Source of the DNA: Balneola sp.
Lineage (GTDB): Bacteria > Bacteroidota > Rhodothermia > Balneolales > Balneolaceae
Length of the DNA stretch: 64,000 bases
NCBI GenBank assembly: GCA_003712055.1
Contig: RHLJ01000007.1
Coordinates: forward strand, 113,512 to 177,511
Direction of reading: 5' to 3'
A program made the position numbers and the translations under genes. How positions within the stretch are numbered: position 1 is the first letter of the stretch; each line of letters begins with the position of its first letter. The notes under the pieces were generated by a model. It had not been told where the DNA came from, ran no database searches, and saw nothing but the letters and a program-made list of their open reading frames with translations. Below are positions 18,807 through 27,842 of this stretch, piece by piece.

Positions 18807-18828
18807 ATTTTATTAATAGAGAAACATT

Positions 18829-19077
18829 TTATTTCAAAAAGAAATACACTGTTTTATTAACTGAATCTTTTTTGCTCTTCACTTTCACGTTGTTTTCCCT
18901 GTTGAAGGCATATATAATATTTCTGGCAGAGCTCAATTCTTTTTCGTTTGTATACTTTACCATAATTGCATCACCACCAGGTTTTAATTTGCCAAGTGCG
19001 TCAAGGAGAGGAGAGAATTTTGAATTACGTTTTCTGGAACTCGAGATATCATTCCGAGAAACCATTTTTATCTTCAT
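18829..19077 (-). CDS. Small basic hypothetical protein
   Basis: 82-aa ORF with ordinary soluble-protein composition, same direction as and 71 nt downstream of moxR. The overlapping plus-strand ORF (18794-19093) starts inside the terminator hairpin and is F/L-rich low complexity, so the minus-strand frame is preferred. Confidence 0.4.
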   Translation of the reverse strand: MKIKMVSRNDISSSRKRNSKFSPLLDALGKLKPGGDAIMVKYTNEKELSSARNIIYAFNRENNVKVKSKKDSVNKTVYFFLK

Positions 19078-19148
19078 AGTTTTAGAGACTTAGTTGGAAT
19101 ACAAATTCAATAAAGGTATTTCTTACTATGAAAAGCAATAAAAAAATA

Positions 19149-20150
19149 TTACGGTACCTGAACGTTTTGCATGATTTTTTCTACAATATCTTCAGGAGAA
19201 ATATCTTCAGCTTCTGCTTCAAAAGTTGGTATAATTCTATGCCTTAAAACATCCATTGCTATTGTTCTTACATCCTCGGGAGTAACGTATGCTCTATGCT
19301 CCATAAAAGCCTGAGCTCTGGATGCAAGGTTCAAATTGATTGTAGCTCTTGGAGATGCCCCAAAGCCAATTAAATCTACCAGATCATCAAGCCCAAAATT
19401 CTTAGGTTTTCTTGTAGCAAATACAAGATCAACTATATATTTCTCGACTTTTTCGTCCATATAAATTTCATTTACAATGGATCGAGCCTCTAAAATTGTC
19501 TTAGGCTGAACAACAGGGCTTAAAGAGGTTTTAGGTCCTGTCTTTGCCATTCTCCTCATGATCTCTAATTCTTCATGCTCAGTTGGGTAATCAATTTTTA
19601 GTTTTAGCATAAATCGATCTACCTGTGCTTCTGGGAGTGGATAGGTTCCTTCTTGCTCTACAGGGTTCTGAGTGGCCAAAACAAGGAAAGGTTCATCAAG
19701 CTTAAATGTAGACTCACCAATGGTAACCTGTTTTTCCTGCATAGCTTCAAGTAAGGCACTTTGTACTTTGGCAGGGGACCGGTTGATCTCATCAGCAAGA
19801 ATAATATTAGCAAAAATAGGTCCTTTCTTTACAAAGAAATCTCCCTCTTTTTGATTGTAAATAAGAGTTCCAATTAAATCAGCGGGAAGTAAATCAGGTG
19901 TAAATTGGATGCGCTGGAAGTCCGTGTGAATTACCGTTGCGAGAGAGGATACCGTTAATGTTTTTGCAAGGCCGGGCACACCTTCTAAAAGCACATGCCC
20001 ATTAGTAAGTAACCCTACCAAAAGGCGGTCGATCATATAACTTTGACCGATAATAACTTTATCCAATTCCCTTTTAATGTTATCAATAAAAGCACTATGC
20101 GTTTCAATTTTTTCTGTTAACGCATTCATGTCCAGTGTTACTTCGCTCAT
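19149..20150 (-). CDS. moxR: MoxR-family AAA+ ATPase
   Basis: 333-aa ORF with LLEGVPGLAKT Walker A, LADEINRSPAKVQSALLEAM Walker B/sensor and ATQNPVEQEGTYPLPEAQVDRF. Confidence 0.9.
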   Translation of the reverse strand: MSEVTLDMNALTEKIETHSAFIDNIKRELDKVIIGQSYMIDRLLVGLLTNGHVLLEGVPGLAKTLTVSSLATVIHTDFQRIQFTPDLLPADLIGTLIYNQKEGDFFVKKGPIFANIILADEINRSPAKVQSALLEAMQEKQVTIGESTFKLDEPFLVLATQNPVEQEGTYPLPEAQVDRFMLKLKIDYPTEHEELEIMRRMAKTGPKTSLSPVVQPKTILEARSIVNEIYMDEKVEKYIVDLVFATRKPKNFGLDDLVDLIGFGASPRATINLNLASRAQAFMEHRAYVTPEDVRTIAMDVLRHRIIPTFEAEAEDISPEDIVEKIMQNVQVP

Positions 20151-20245
20151 TTATTTTAAATCAAAAAGTTTTATTTGCTTGTGAGATACGTAATTTCTTG
20201 TTCTTAAAAACATTCGGCAAATATAAGGTTTGACTAATTTTTCAC

Positions 20246-21052
20246 ATGGACATTTTACAATCTTTTTTAATGGGGCTTATTCAGGGACTAACGGAGTTCC
20301 TACCAATTAGCAGTTCCGGGCATCTTGCATTAGGGCGTTTTTTCTTAGGAGCAGATACTGAAGTTGGAATTACTTTTGAGGTAGTTGTCCACTTTGGTAC
20401 CCTTTGCAGCATTTTGATTTACTATAAGAAAGAGCTTTTTGACCTCTCTAAAGCTGGAATTGGTTTTCTTGGTGCCCCTTCAGCTAAAAAAGATGATCCC
20501 CAAGTAAAAATCCTGCTATTTATTCTTATAAGCATGATCCCTGCTTTTATTGTGGGCTTTACTCTAAAGGACTATATCGAGGATATTTTCATGAACCCTC
20601 TATTGGTATGTGTAATGTTACTGGTGACCGGTGTAATTTTATTTCTTACCAAATACGCCAAAGATCCAGAAGGAGAGATAACCATGAGGAAAAGCATTTT
20701 AATAGGAATTGCTCAGGCTTTTGCGATGTTGCCAGGTATTAGCCGATCAGGCTCAACCATTTCAACAGCTCTGTATTTAGGAGTGAAAAGAGAAGAGGCG
20801 GCAAATTTCTCTTTCTTGATGGTTATTCCAGTTATCGCAGGTGCTATGATACTTCAACTCCGAGAGGTGGCAGAAGTAGGTATTTCGGACGCCCAAATTA
20901 TGAGTCTGGTTGTTGGCTTTCTTACAGCGTTTATATCAGGTTATTTCGCGTTGAAGTATTTGATCATCATCCTCAAGAAAAAAGGCTTTCATTACTTTGC
21001 TTATTATTGCTGGGTCGTCGGCGGGGTAGGACTAGTTTATTTTTTCTTATGA
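20246..21052 (+). CDS. uppP: Undecaprenyl-diphosphate phosphatase
   Basis: 268-aa polytopic ORF with the GLTEFLPISSSGHL and PGISRSGSTI signature motifs of UppP/BacA. Confidence 0.9.
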   Translation: MDILQSFLMGLIQGLTEFLPISSSGHLALGRFFLGADTEVGITFEVVVHFGTLCSILIYYKKELFDLSKAGIGFLGAPSAKKDDPQVKILLFILISMIPAFIVGFTLKDYIEDIFMNPLLVCVMLLVTGVILFLTKYAKDPEGEITMRKSILIGIAQAFAMLPGISRSGSTISTALYLGVKREEAANFSFLMVIPVIAGAMILQLREVAEVGISDAQIMSLVVGFLTAFISGYFALKYLIIILKKKGFHYFAYYCWVVGGVGLVYFFL

Positions 21053-21186
21053 TAAAGCGACTGTATTCGTGAATAAAGCTACCATCATCTTTAACAAATA
21101 GATATTTTAGCATTTGGATTATTACTTTATCCGAAATTTGTCACTAACTAATTTTTCTTGATGCTTTCTGCTAGTCTCGTTTTAGG

Positions 21187-22305
21187 ATGTGCTTCTTCCG
21201 AAAAATTATTGAACTTGGACAGTACGACAAGGCAATAAGCAAATCGATAAAAAAGCTGAAGAAGAACCCGGGTAAAGACAAAGAACTCTATGTGTTGAAG
21301 GAAGCGTATTCCAAGGCAAATGGTTTTGATCTTGACCAAATATCTTTTCTTGAAAAAGAGGGAAGGGCCGAAAATTATGTGGAAATCTATTCCCTATATC
21401 AAAGGCTTGATAATCGGCAAGAACGATTAAAAACACTTCCTTCCCAGCTATTAAGTGAATTTGAAATTGTAGACTATGATGATGAGTTAATCGCATCAAA
21501 AGAACAGGCTGCTGAGGTATCCTATCAAAACGGATTAGATTACTTATCCAGAGGAGATCGTGAGAGTGCAAGAATGGCTTATTACGAATTTGATCGCGTG
21601 AGGTCATTATATAATGACTATAAGGAGGTAGATACGAAGATTGAAGATGCCCGTTTTAAAGGGACAAACCAGGTATTGTATGTAATAGAGAACAATTCTG
21701 AAGTTCTGCTTCCTGAACGATTTGATGAAGAGTTAAGGAAAATCGCTTTATCTGATTTGAATGGTCAATGGATACGATATAGTGTCAATGAGGATGAGAA
21801 CATCAACTACGATTATTTCATTGTTCTCTCCATTAAAGAGATAGCAATATCACCAGAGCGAGTAGATCGAGAAATCAAAAAAGAATCGGTAGAAATTCAG
21901 GATGGAATGAAATACGTTTTGGACGAAAGAGGGAATGTTAAAAAGGATTCTTTGGGAAACGATATCCGAAAACCTAATATGATCACTGTTACTGCAGAAG
22001 TAACTGAAGCCAGGCAATGGAAAGAAGGATTAGTTGCTGGTTCAATCGATTATATTGATTTACGAACTGATCAATTGGTAAAAACCGAGAATATTTCAGT
22101 GACCTCATTATTTGAGCACTTTTCAGGATCCTATACCGGAGATGAACGAGCGCTCTCGGAAGAATCAAAGAAGATGATTGGTGTGAGCCCAGTTGACTTC
22201 CCTCCAACAGAAGTAATGCTTCTTGATGCAGCTTATCTTTTGAAAGAGCAGTCAAAAGATATCATCTTTCGAAACAAGGGATTTCTAAGTGCGACAGGCA
22301 GTTAA
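21187..22305 (+). CDS. Hypothetical protein (possible lipoprotein whose signal peptide is out of frame)
   Basis: 372-aa ORF of ordinary composition with no recognised family. A lipobox-containing start (ATG 21161: MLSASLVLGCASSEK) lies in another frame just upstream (see findings). Confidence 0.6.
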   Translation: MCFFRKIIELGQYDKAISKSIKKLKKNPGKDKELYVLKEAYSKANGFDLDQISFLEKEGRAENYVEIYSLYQRLDNRQERLKTLPSQLLSEFEIVDYDDELIASKEQAAEVSYQNGLDYLSRGDRESARMAYYEFDRVRSLYNDYKEVDTKIEDARFKGTNQVLYVIENNSEVLLPERFDEELRKIALSDLNGQWIRYSVNEDENINYDYFIVLSIKEIAISPERVDREIKKESVEIQDGMKYVLDERGNVKKDSLGNDIRKPNMITVTAEVTEARQWKEGLVAGSIDYIDLRTDQLVKTENISVTSLFEHFSGSYTGDERALSEESKKMIGVSPVDFPPTEVMLLDAAYLLKEQSKDIIFRNKGFLSATGS

Positions 22306-22437
22306 ACCATTCTATTTTTTTTTAATGGTGGAGTTGAGCTAAAATTATAGTAATACAGTACGAATGAGGCCTGTTTTTAAGATGGTATCCTCTGCTATTT
22401 ATCTTATATTTCTAATTAATTCATAAGAGAAGCACTA

Positions 22438-23391
22438 ATGGCAGAGTCAAAAAATATTATTCTTGAAACGGGCGATCCACATGTAAACCGAAGGCGTGCT
22501 ATTCTTGAAGCACATCCCGAGGTTAAAGAACTTTTCGGAAGAAACCAGTCTACTTTCTGGTGGATTTTATTTCTTATGACAGGTCAACTTGTTATCGCTT
22601 ATTTGTTAAAGGATGCATCAATCTGGTGGGTAGTAGGAGTGGCATGGTTTGTGGGGGCTTTTTTTGCTCATAATCTTTTTTGTTTAAAACATGAGTGTTC
22701 CCATCACCTTGTTTTCAAAAACAAAACAGCAAATATCCTTACTGGTATCCTTGGGAATTTAACATCCTGTACTCCGAGCTATGTAATCTTTTCTGTTGCT
22801 CATTTAAAGCATCATTCTCACCAGGGTGAATATGAAATGGATTTTGATTTACCACTAAGATGGGAAGCTAAGTTAATCGAGCATACTCCTTTTGGGAAAA
22901 TATTGTGGATGTTTCTGCAGCCATTAGCAATAGCTTTAAGGCCATTAAGAAGACATAGTATTCAGTATGTGAACAAGTGGACATACATAAATATAGCTGC
23001 CGTTTTAATTTTTGACCTGGCCATACTCTATTTTATGGGACCGTATGCATTTATGTATTTATTTCTTTCGTTCGGATTTGGGTTGGGACTCCATCCTCTT
23101 GGAGCTAGGTGGGTACAGGAGCATTATGTAGTATATGAAAACCAGGAAACGTATTCTTATTACGGATGGCTTAATAAAATTACATTCAACATCGGGCATC
23201 ATAATGAGCACCACGATTTTCCTGGAATACCCTGGAATAATTTGGCAAAGCTTCGGAAAACGGCGCCCGAATTTTATGATACGCTGTATTACCACACTTC
23301 CTGGTCAAAGCTCCTTGTGCGTTTCCTTGTAGATAAGAATATTACCCTCTATTCCAGGGTTGAGCGTGAAAACGCTAAAGCTGGTGTCTAG
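22438..23391 (+). CDS. Membrane fatty-acid desaturase-family protein, sphingolipid delta-4 (DEGS/Des1)-like
   Basis: 317-aa ORF with three His boxes HECSHH, HLKHHSHQGE and HNEHHDFPGIPW, and TM helices between boxes. Confidence 0.75.
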   Translation: MAESKNIILETGDPHVNRRRAILEAHPEVKELFGRNQSTFWWILFLMTGQLVIAYLLKDASIWWVVGVAWFVGAFFAHNLFCLKHECSHHLVFKNKTANILTGILGNLTSCTPSYVIFSVAHLKHHSHQGEYEMDFDLPLRWEAKLIEHTPFGKILWMFLQPLAIALRPLRRHSIQYVNKWTYINIAAVLIFDLAILYFMGPYAFMYLFLSFGFGLGLHPLGARWVQEHYVVYENQETYSYYGWLNKITFNIGHHNEHHDFPGIPWNNLAKLRKTAPEFYDTLYYHTSWSKLLVRFLVDKNITLYSRVERENAKAGV

Positions 23392-24533
23392 AATAGATAC
23401 CCAGTAGTTATATAGACCCCGAAATCTTCTTCAGAAAAGCCGACATCTGTCCTGATAATAAAGTCAGGTGTGAAAAATGATGCTGTTCCTCCCAAGCCAA
23501 AGGTATACTTTAGATCATTGGTGATAGTATCAAAAGAGGTACCATTTGCGAAGGTGCGTCCAATATCAAAAAATAAGGTGCCACCAAGTCTCATCTCTAA
23601 AGACGGTATTTCGAACAGCCATGTACGTAGCTCATTATTTAAAACAAAAGCGTTGTCATCTAGAAAACGCTTAGACTGATAGCCTCTTAGGGTCTCTTCG
23701 TCTCCTAAATATGAAAGTTTCCAATAAGGTACTTCTCCGGATGTATGTTTCAGATACACTCTGTTCGCAAATGTTATATCACGAATAATATGAAATGTGA
23801 GGTAGTGGCTCATTTCATGTTTCCAAACAAAAGTATTGAAGTTACTTCCCCAGATTTTAGAGCCTTGTTCTATTGAAGTATTTAAATAGGTTCCCCTAGT
23901 AGGGTTGAATTCACTATTCCTTGCCTCCCAAACCAGCCCTGCACCAAACATAAAAGTACGCCCTCCATCAAAACCTGTAGGTCGGTCTATTGATAGTAAC
24001 CTGCTAGAGCCATTGTCCCATGGGGTTTCATAATCAAAGTTTATGATAGCTAGTACGTCTAGCTGTTGTTCTTTTACGTTTACAAACAGTGGATAACGAG
24101 CTCTAGCAGTAAGGCCCATCGAAAACGATTGGAACTCATAGTAATTTGGGGTATTTGCGGGAGCCTCAGGCAATTTACCATAGTTACCAATTCCGAGATA
24201 AGCATCTTCAAAAAATCTGGAGGCATAAATAGAAGTATATATCCTGAACTTTGTACCAAATACGTTTGGCTTATTCCTTGAGATTTCAAAGGAAGCAAGT
24301 CCTCTGGTTGAAAAAACTCCCGCTATATTTGTGTAGGAGTAATAAGGTTTTACTTCATCTTTATAATGGTACCAGTTTATTAGTCCGCCCGCGATCAAGC
24401 CCAAATCGCTGTTAAAGGCAAGAGCAGGAAGAAATGCTAATTCAAGAGAGTCAGGTACATGTTCATATTGGGCATGTACGCTTGGTAAATATCCTAGCAG
24501 ACAAAAAAGAATCAGGAAGACTTTTTTAGACAA
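23388..24533 (-). CDS. Outer-membrane beta-barrel protein, Omp85 type without POTRA (paralog of 4294-5427)
   Basis: 381-aa ORF with signal peptide MSKKVFLILFCLLGYLPSVHAQ. It has GDEETLRGY, NNELRTWLF, LGG..F.D.GR.F, FTPDFI and a C-terminal TTGYLF, all alignable with the 377-aa protein. Confidence 0.65.
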   Translation of the reverse strand: MSKKVFLILFCLLGYLPSVHAQYEHVPDSLELAFLPALAFNSDLGLIAGGLINWYHYKDEVKPYYSYTNIAGVFSTRGLASFEISRNKPNVFGTKFRIYTSIYASRFFEDAYLGIGNYGKLPEAPANTPNYYEFQSFSMGLTARARYPLFVNVKEQQLDVLAIINFDYETPWDNGSSRLLSIDRPTGFDGGRTFMFGAGLVWEARNSEFNPTRGTYLNTSIEQGSKIWGSNFNTFVWKHEMSHYLTFHIIRDITFANRVYLKHTSGEVPYWKLSYLGDEETLRGYQSKRFLDDNAFVLNNELRTWLFEIPSLEMRLGGTLFFDIGRTFANGTSFDTITNDLKYTFGLGGTASFFTPDFIIRTDVGFSEEDFGVYITTGYLF

Positions 24534-24542
24534 ATCAATGCG

Positions 24543-25985
24543 TTAAATGAAGAGGAAAGTAACCAATAGATAAATTGGTACGAGTATTCCGATCGACCAT
24601 ATTAGGTACGCACCAAAGCTAGGCATTTTTACCCCATTTTGCTCTGCAATCGATTTAACCATGAAGTTGGGTGCATTACCAATATATGTAAGTGCACCAA
24701 AGAAAACGGCTCCTGATGAGATAGCGATAAGAGTATGGCTCATCTCCGTCATAAGTAACTGGGCGTCACCACCTGCTGCATTGAAGAATACAAGATATGT
24801 TGGGGCATTATCCAGAAAAGCAGATAGCATCCCGGTTATCCAGAAAAACATATAATTGATAGGGTCGCCTGATTCATCAAAAACAGCATCATTAACAAAT
24901 TGAAGTGCTCCTTCTCCATTGTTGGCAGCTTTTAGCATTGCGATAGGAGCTATAATGGTGATGAAAATCCCGGCGAAGAGCTTTGCTACTTCTTGAATTG
25001 GAAACCAATTAAATCCATTTGCTGCCCTACTTGCTTTAGAGGTAACGGCCCAGCTTATCCAGGCGATAAGAAGCAGAACCAAGTCTCTTATCAGGTTTTC
25101 AATATTCACATGAACATGAAAAATGGTTAGTTCGCCAACATGAACCAATCCTGAAAAAAGAACAGCTCCAACAATCCCCAAAATGAGGACAAGATTGAAA
25201 CTACCTTCGATGCCTAACGGTTCAGAACCATCATCTAAAGGAGGAGTATTTGTCTCTTTTTTGTAGAGATGACGATCCCAGAAATAATAGATGACTAGTA
25301 GGAGTGTAGCTACAAAAGTCATCTCAAAAAATAAATTTGTGGTTGTCCAGAAGAAATCTACTCCCTGAAGAAATCCTAAAAACAATGGGGGATCCCCTAA
25401 TGGGGTTAATGAGCCGCCCACATTGGCAACCAAGAAAATGAAAAAGATGACAATATGCTTTTTTGTACTTCTCCACTCGTTTGCTCTCAAGATTGGGCGA
25501 ATAAGTAGCATGGCTGCACCAGTGGTTCCCATCCAGCTAGCCAGTATAGTTCCCAGAAGCAAGATTCCTGTATTTACTTCCGGAGTGCCTTTAAGGTATC
25601 CTTTAATTCGGATTCCACCCGAAACAGTAAAAAGAGCGAAGAGGAGAACAATAAAAGGAATGTATTCTAACAAATAAGCGTGGAGTACTTCATAAAGGGT
25701 CGCTTCAAAACCAAAAGTTACTAATAAGGGAATAATAAGAGCGAAGGCCCAGACCGCTGAGACTTTTCCAAAATTATGATGCCACCAATGTTCTGCAACA
25801 AGGGGAAAGATTGCAATTGAGAGCAAGATGCCAGCAAAAGGGAGAGCCCAAAGAATACTTAGTCCACTACCGTCAATACCATGTCCTGAGCCAGCTTCTG
25901 CTGCGGAAGCTAATTCCGAAAATAATAAAACCAATAAAGGAGCCCCTACTATCGCTAATTTTTTTAAAAGAGAATATTGCCTCAC
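24543..25985 (-). CDS. Polytopic ion transporter (ArsB/NhaD-superfamily, sodium:proton antiporter-like)
   Basis: 480-aa ORF with about 12 hydrophobic helices. The family assignment is tentative and from memory of similar permeases. Confidence 0.55.
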   Translation of the reverse strand: MRQYSLLKKLAIVGAPLLVLLFSELASAAEAGSGHGIDGSGLSILWALPFAGILLSIAIFPLVAEHWWHHNFGKVSAVWAFALIIPLLVTFGFEATLYEVLHAYLLEYIPFIVLLFALFTVSGGIRIKGYLKGTPEVNTGILLLGTILASWMGTTGAAMLLIRPILRANEWRSTKKHIVIFFIFLVANVGGSLTPLGDPPLFLGFLQGVDFFWTTTNLFFEMTFVATLLLVIYYFWDRHLYKKETNTPPLDDGSEPLGIEGSFNLVLILGIVGAVLFSGLVHVGELTIFHVHVNIENLIRDLVLLLIAWISWAVTSKASRAANGFNWFPIQEVAKLFAGIFITIIAPIAMLKAANNGEGALQFVNDAVFDESGDPINYMFFWITGMLSAFLDNAPTYLVFFNAAGGDAQLLMTEMSHTLIAISSGAVFFGALTYIGNAPNFMVKSIAEQNGVKMPSFGAYLIWSIGILVPIYLLVTFLFI

Positions 25986-26175
25986 AAAGAATAGAATTAT
26001 TGGTTCACTACATTTTCGTTGAAAATAAAAGAACTAAACTCCTTTCAAAAAACGTAAATGTTACTTTGTAAAAATGGGTGTTAAAATATTGTAAAGCAAA
26101 CTGATCGAAACCTCAAGAAGAATGAACGATGTGCCGGGTTATCCAATTCATTAATTACTTATAAAAACAAGAACT

Positions 26176-26454
26176 ATGGAAGCATTAACAGAATTACAAA
26201 TAACTGAAAAGCTGGAATCTATTTCCGGGTGGAGCTATAAAAGTGATACCATTCAAAAAAAATTTGAGCTCTCAGATTTTAAAGAAGCACTTGGATTTAT
26301 TGTTAGGGTAGGGCTAGAAGCCGAGTTACTCGGGCATCATCCTAATCTTGCAAATGTATACAACCAGGTTACTATTTCTCTTCAAACCCACGATGTTGGT
26401 AACAAAGTGACTGAAAAGGACTTTGAATTAGCTACAAGAATCGAAGCTATTTGA
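26176..26454 (+). CDS. phhB: Pterin-4-alpha-carbinolamine dehydratase
   Basis: 92-aa ORF. The pattern ..GWSY..I.KKF.F.DF.EALGFI.RVG..AE..GHHPNL.NVYN.V.I.L.THD.. is the PCD/DCoH signature. Confidence 0.85.
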   Translation: MEALTELQITEKLESISGWSYKSDTIQKKFELSDFKEALGFIVRVGLEAELLGHHPNLANVYNQVTISLQTHDVGNKVTEKDFELATRIEAI

Positions 26455-26596
26455 TAATAAACTCGAAATAGCTGGGTAATAAAAAATGTAGCAACGGCAT
26501 TTAAAAAGCTTTATATTTAGAGCTTTCTGTTATTTGGGCAAAGTGCTTGAATAACTGTTTTCACAACGAAGACATCCATAGAAACCAAATATTGCT

Positions 26597-26974
26597 ATGA
26601 GTAAGAATCATTACGAATTGACGTATATCCTTAATCCTGTGTTGGAAGAGGATCAGTTTAAAGCCGCAATCGAAAAAATTAACAAGCTTATCACTGATAA
26701 CGGCGGCGAAATCGAAGAAGTAGACGAGTGGGGTCTCCGCAAGTTTGCATATGAGATGGACAAAAAAGGAAACGGGTATTATGTAAATACCTATTTCTCA
26801 GGACCAGCAGCAGTAGTAGCTGCGTATGAGCGATTCATGAGAATTGAGGATGAGTACATGCGCTATTTAACCCTTAAGCTTGACGCGAAAATGCTTCGTC
26901 ATCGTGAGTTGGTTAAGAATAATGCAGTACCAAGCATATTTGCTGTTGAAGAAGAAGCAAAAGCGGAAGCATAA
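26597..26974 (+). CDS. rpsF: 30S ribosomal protein S6
   Basis: 125-aa ORF MSKNHYELTYILNP..WGLRKFAYEM.. at the head of the rpsF-rpsR-rplI order. Confidence 0.9.
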   Translation: MSKNHYELTYILNPVLEEDQFKAAIEKINKLITDNGGEIEEVDEWGLRKFAYEMDKKGNGYYVNTYFSGPAAVVAAYERFMRIEDEYMRYLTLKLDAKMLRHRELVKNNAVPSIFAVEEEAKAEA

Positions 26975-26997
26975 ACTCACTCAAAAGGAATTAAATC

Positions 26998-27249
26998 ATG
27001 ATTAAGAATCCATCACACCCAAAGAAAAGCGTACGTAAGGTTAAGCAGTGTAAGTTCACTCAAGCTGGTGTAGAATACATCGACTATAAAGATGTTGAAA
27101 CCCTTAAGAGATTTACTAACGACCAGGGAAAAATCTTACCTAGAAGAGTAACCGGAACAAGTGCAAAACATCAACGACAACTTACGACTGCCATCAAGCG
27201 TGCTCGTTTTCTTGCGTTGATTCCATATGTAGCTGAAAACCTGCGATAA
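26998..27249 (+). CDS. rpsR: 30S ribosomal protein S18
   Basis: 83-aa ORF with ..[50 protein letters not shown]. Confidence 0.92.
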   Translation: MIKNPSHPKKSVRKVKQCKFTQAGVEYIDYKDVETLKRFTNDQGKILPRRVTGTSAKHQRQLTTAIKRARFLALIPYVAENLR

Positions 27250-27264
27250 GAGGAGATTGAAACG

Positions 27265-27711
27265 ATGAAAGTTATTCTAAAAGAAGACGTAGAAAAATTA
27301 GGTTATGCCGGTGACCTTGTTGAAGTTAAGGACGGCTACGGTCGCAACTTCCTGATTCCACAGGCAAAAGCAGTATTAGCTACCAAAGGAGCTATTGCAG
27401 AAGTAGAATTGATGAAACAAAGAGCTTCCCTTAAAGCAGAACTCACTGTTCAGGAAGCCAAAGAATTGGCAAAATTATTGGAATCAACTTCTGTTACTAT
27501 CCCTGTTACAACGGGCGAGGATGATAAGATCTTCGGAACAGTAACAAATGTTCAGCTCGCTGAAGCTCTTCAGGAAAAGAATATTGAGGTAGATCGCCGA
27601 AATATTTCGATTAATGAAGATGTAAAAGTTTTAGGTGAATACACGGCGACGGTAAATCTTTTGGGTGACCTTAAGCCAACAGTGAAATTCTGGGTAGTTA
27701 GGGCGGAATAA
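27265..27711 (+). CDS. rplI: 50S ribosomal protein L9
   Basis: 148-aa ORF beginning MKVILKEDVEKLGYAGDLVEVKDGYGRNFLIPQAKA. Confidence 0.92.
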   Translation: MKVILKEDVEKLGYAGDLVEVKDGYGRNFLIPQAKAVLATKGAIAEVELMKQRASLKAELTVQEAKELAKLLESTSVTIPVTTGEDDKIFGTVTNVQLAEALQEKNIEVDRRNISINEDVKVLGEYTATVNLLGDLKPTVKFWVVRAE

Positions 27712-27842
27712 TCTGACTTAATTTTGAGTTAGTATTAGCCTGGGCTGCTAAATGTTATAGAATTGTTATTCTTGAATGTTTGATGTTCCAGTATACCACC
27801 TTATTATGATGAATTAGTATTAATTCAGAATTGACTGCTCAA

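Noticed and set aside
18794-19093. 99-aa plus-strand ORF overlapping the 82-aa minus-strand ORF
   Set aside because: It starts inside the rpsA terminator hairpin and has F/L/I-rich low-complexity composition. The minus-strand frame looks more protein-like and is co-directional with moxR.
21148-22255. Minus-strand ORFs 21148-21339, 21206-21607 and 21989-22255
   Set aside because: All are antisense to the 372-aa ORF, with no motifs and a Q/L/H-rich composition.
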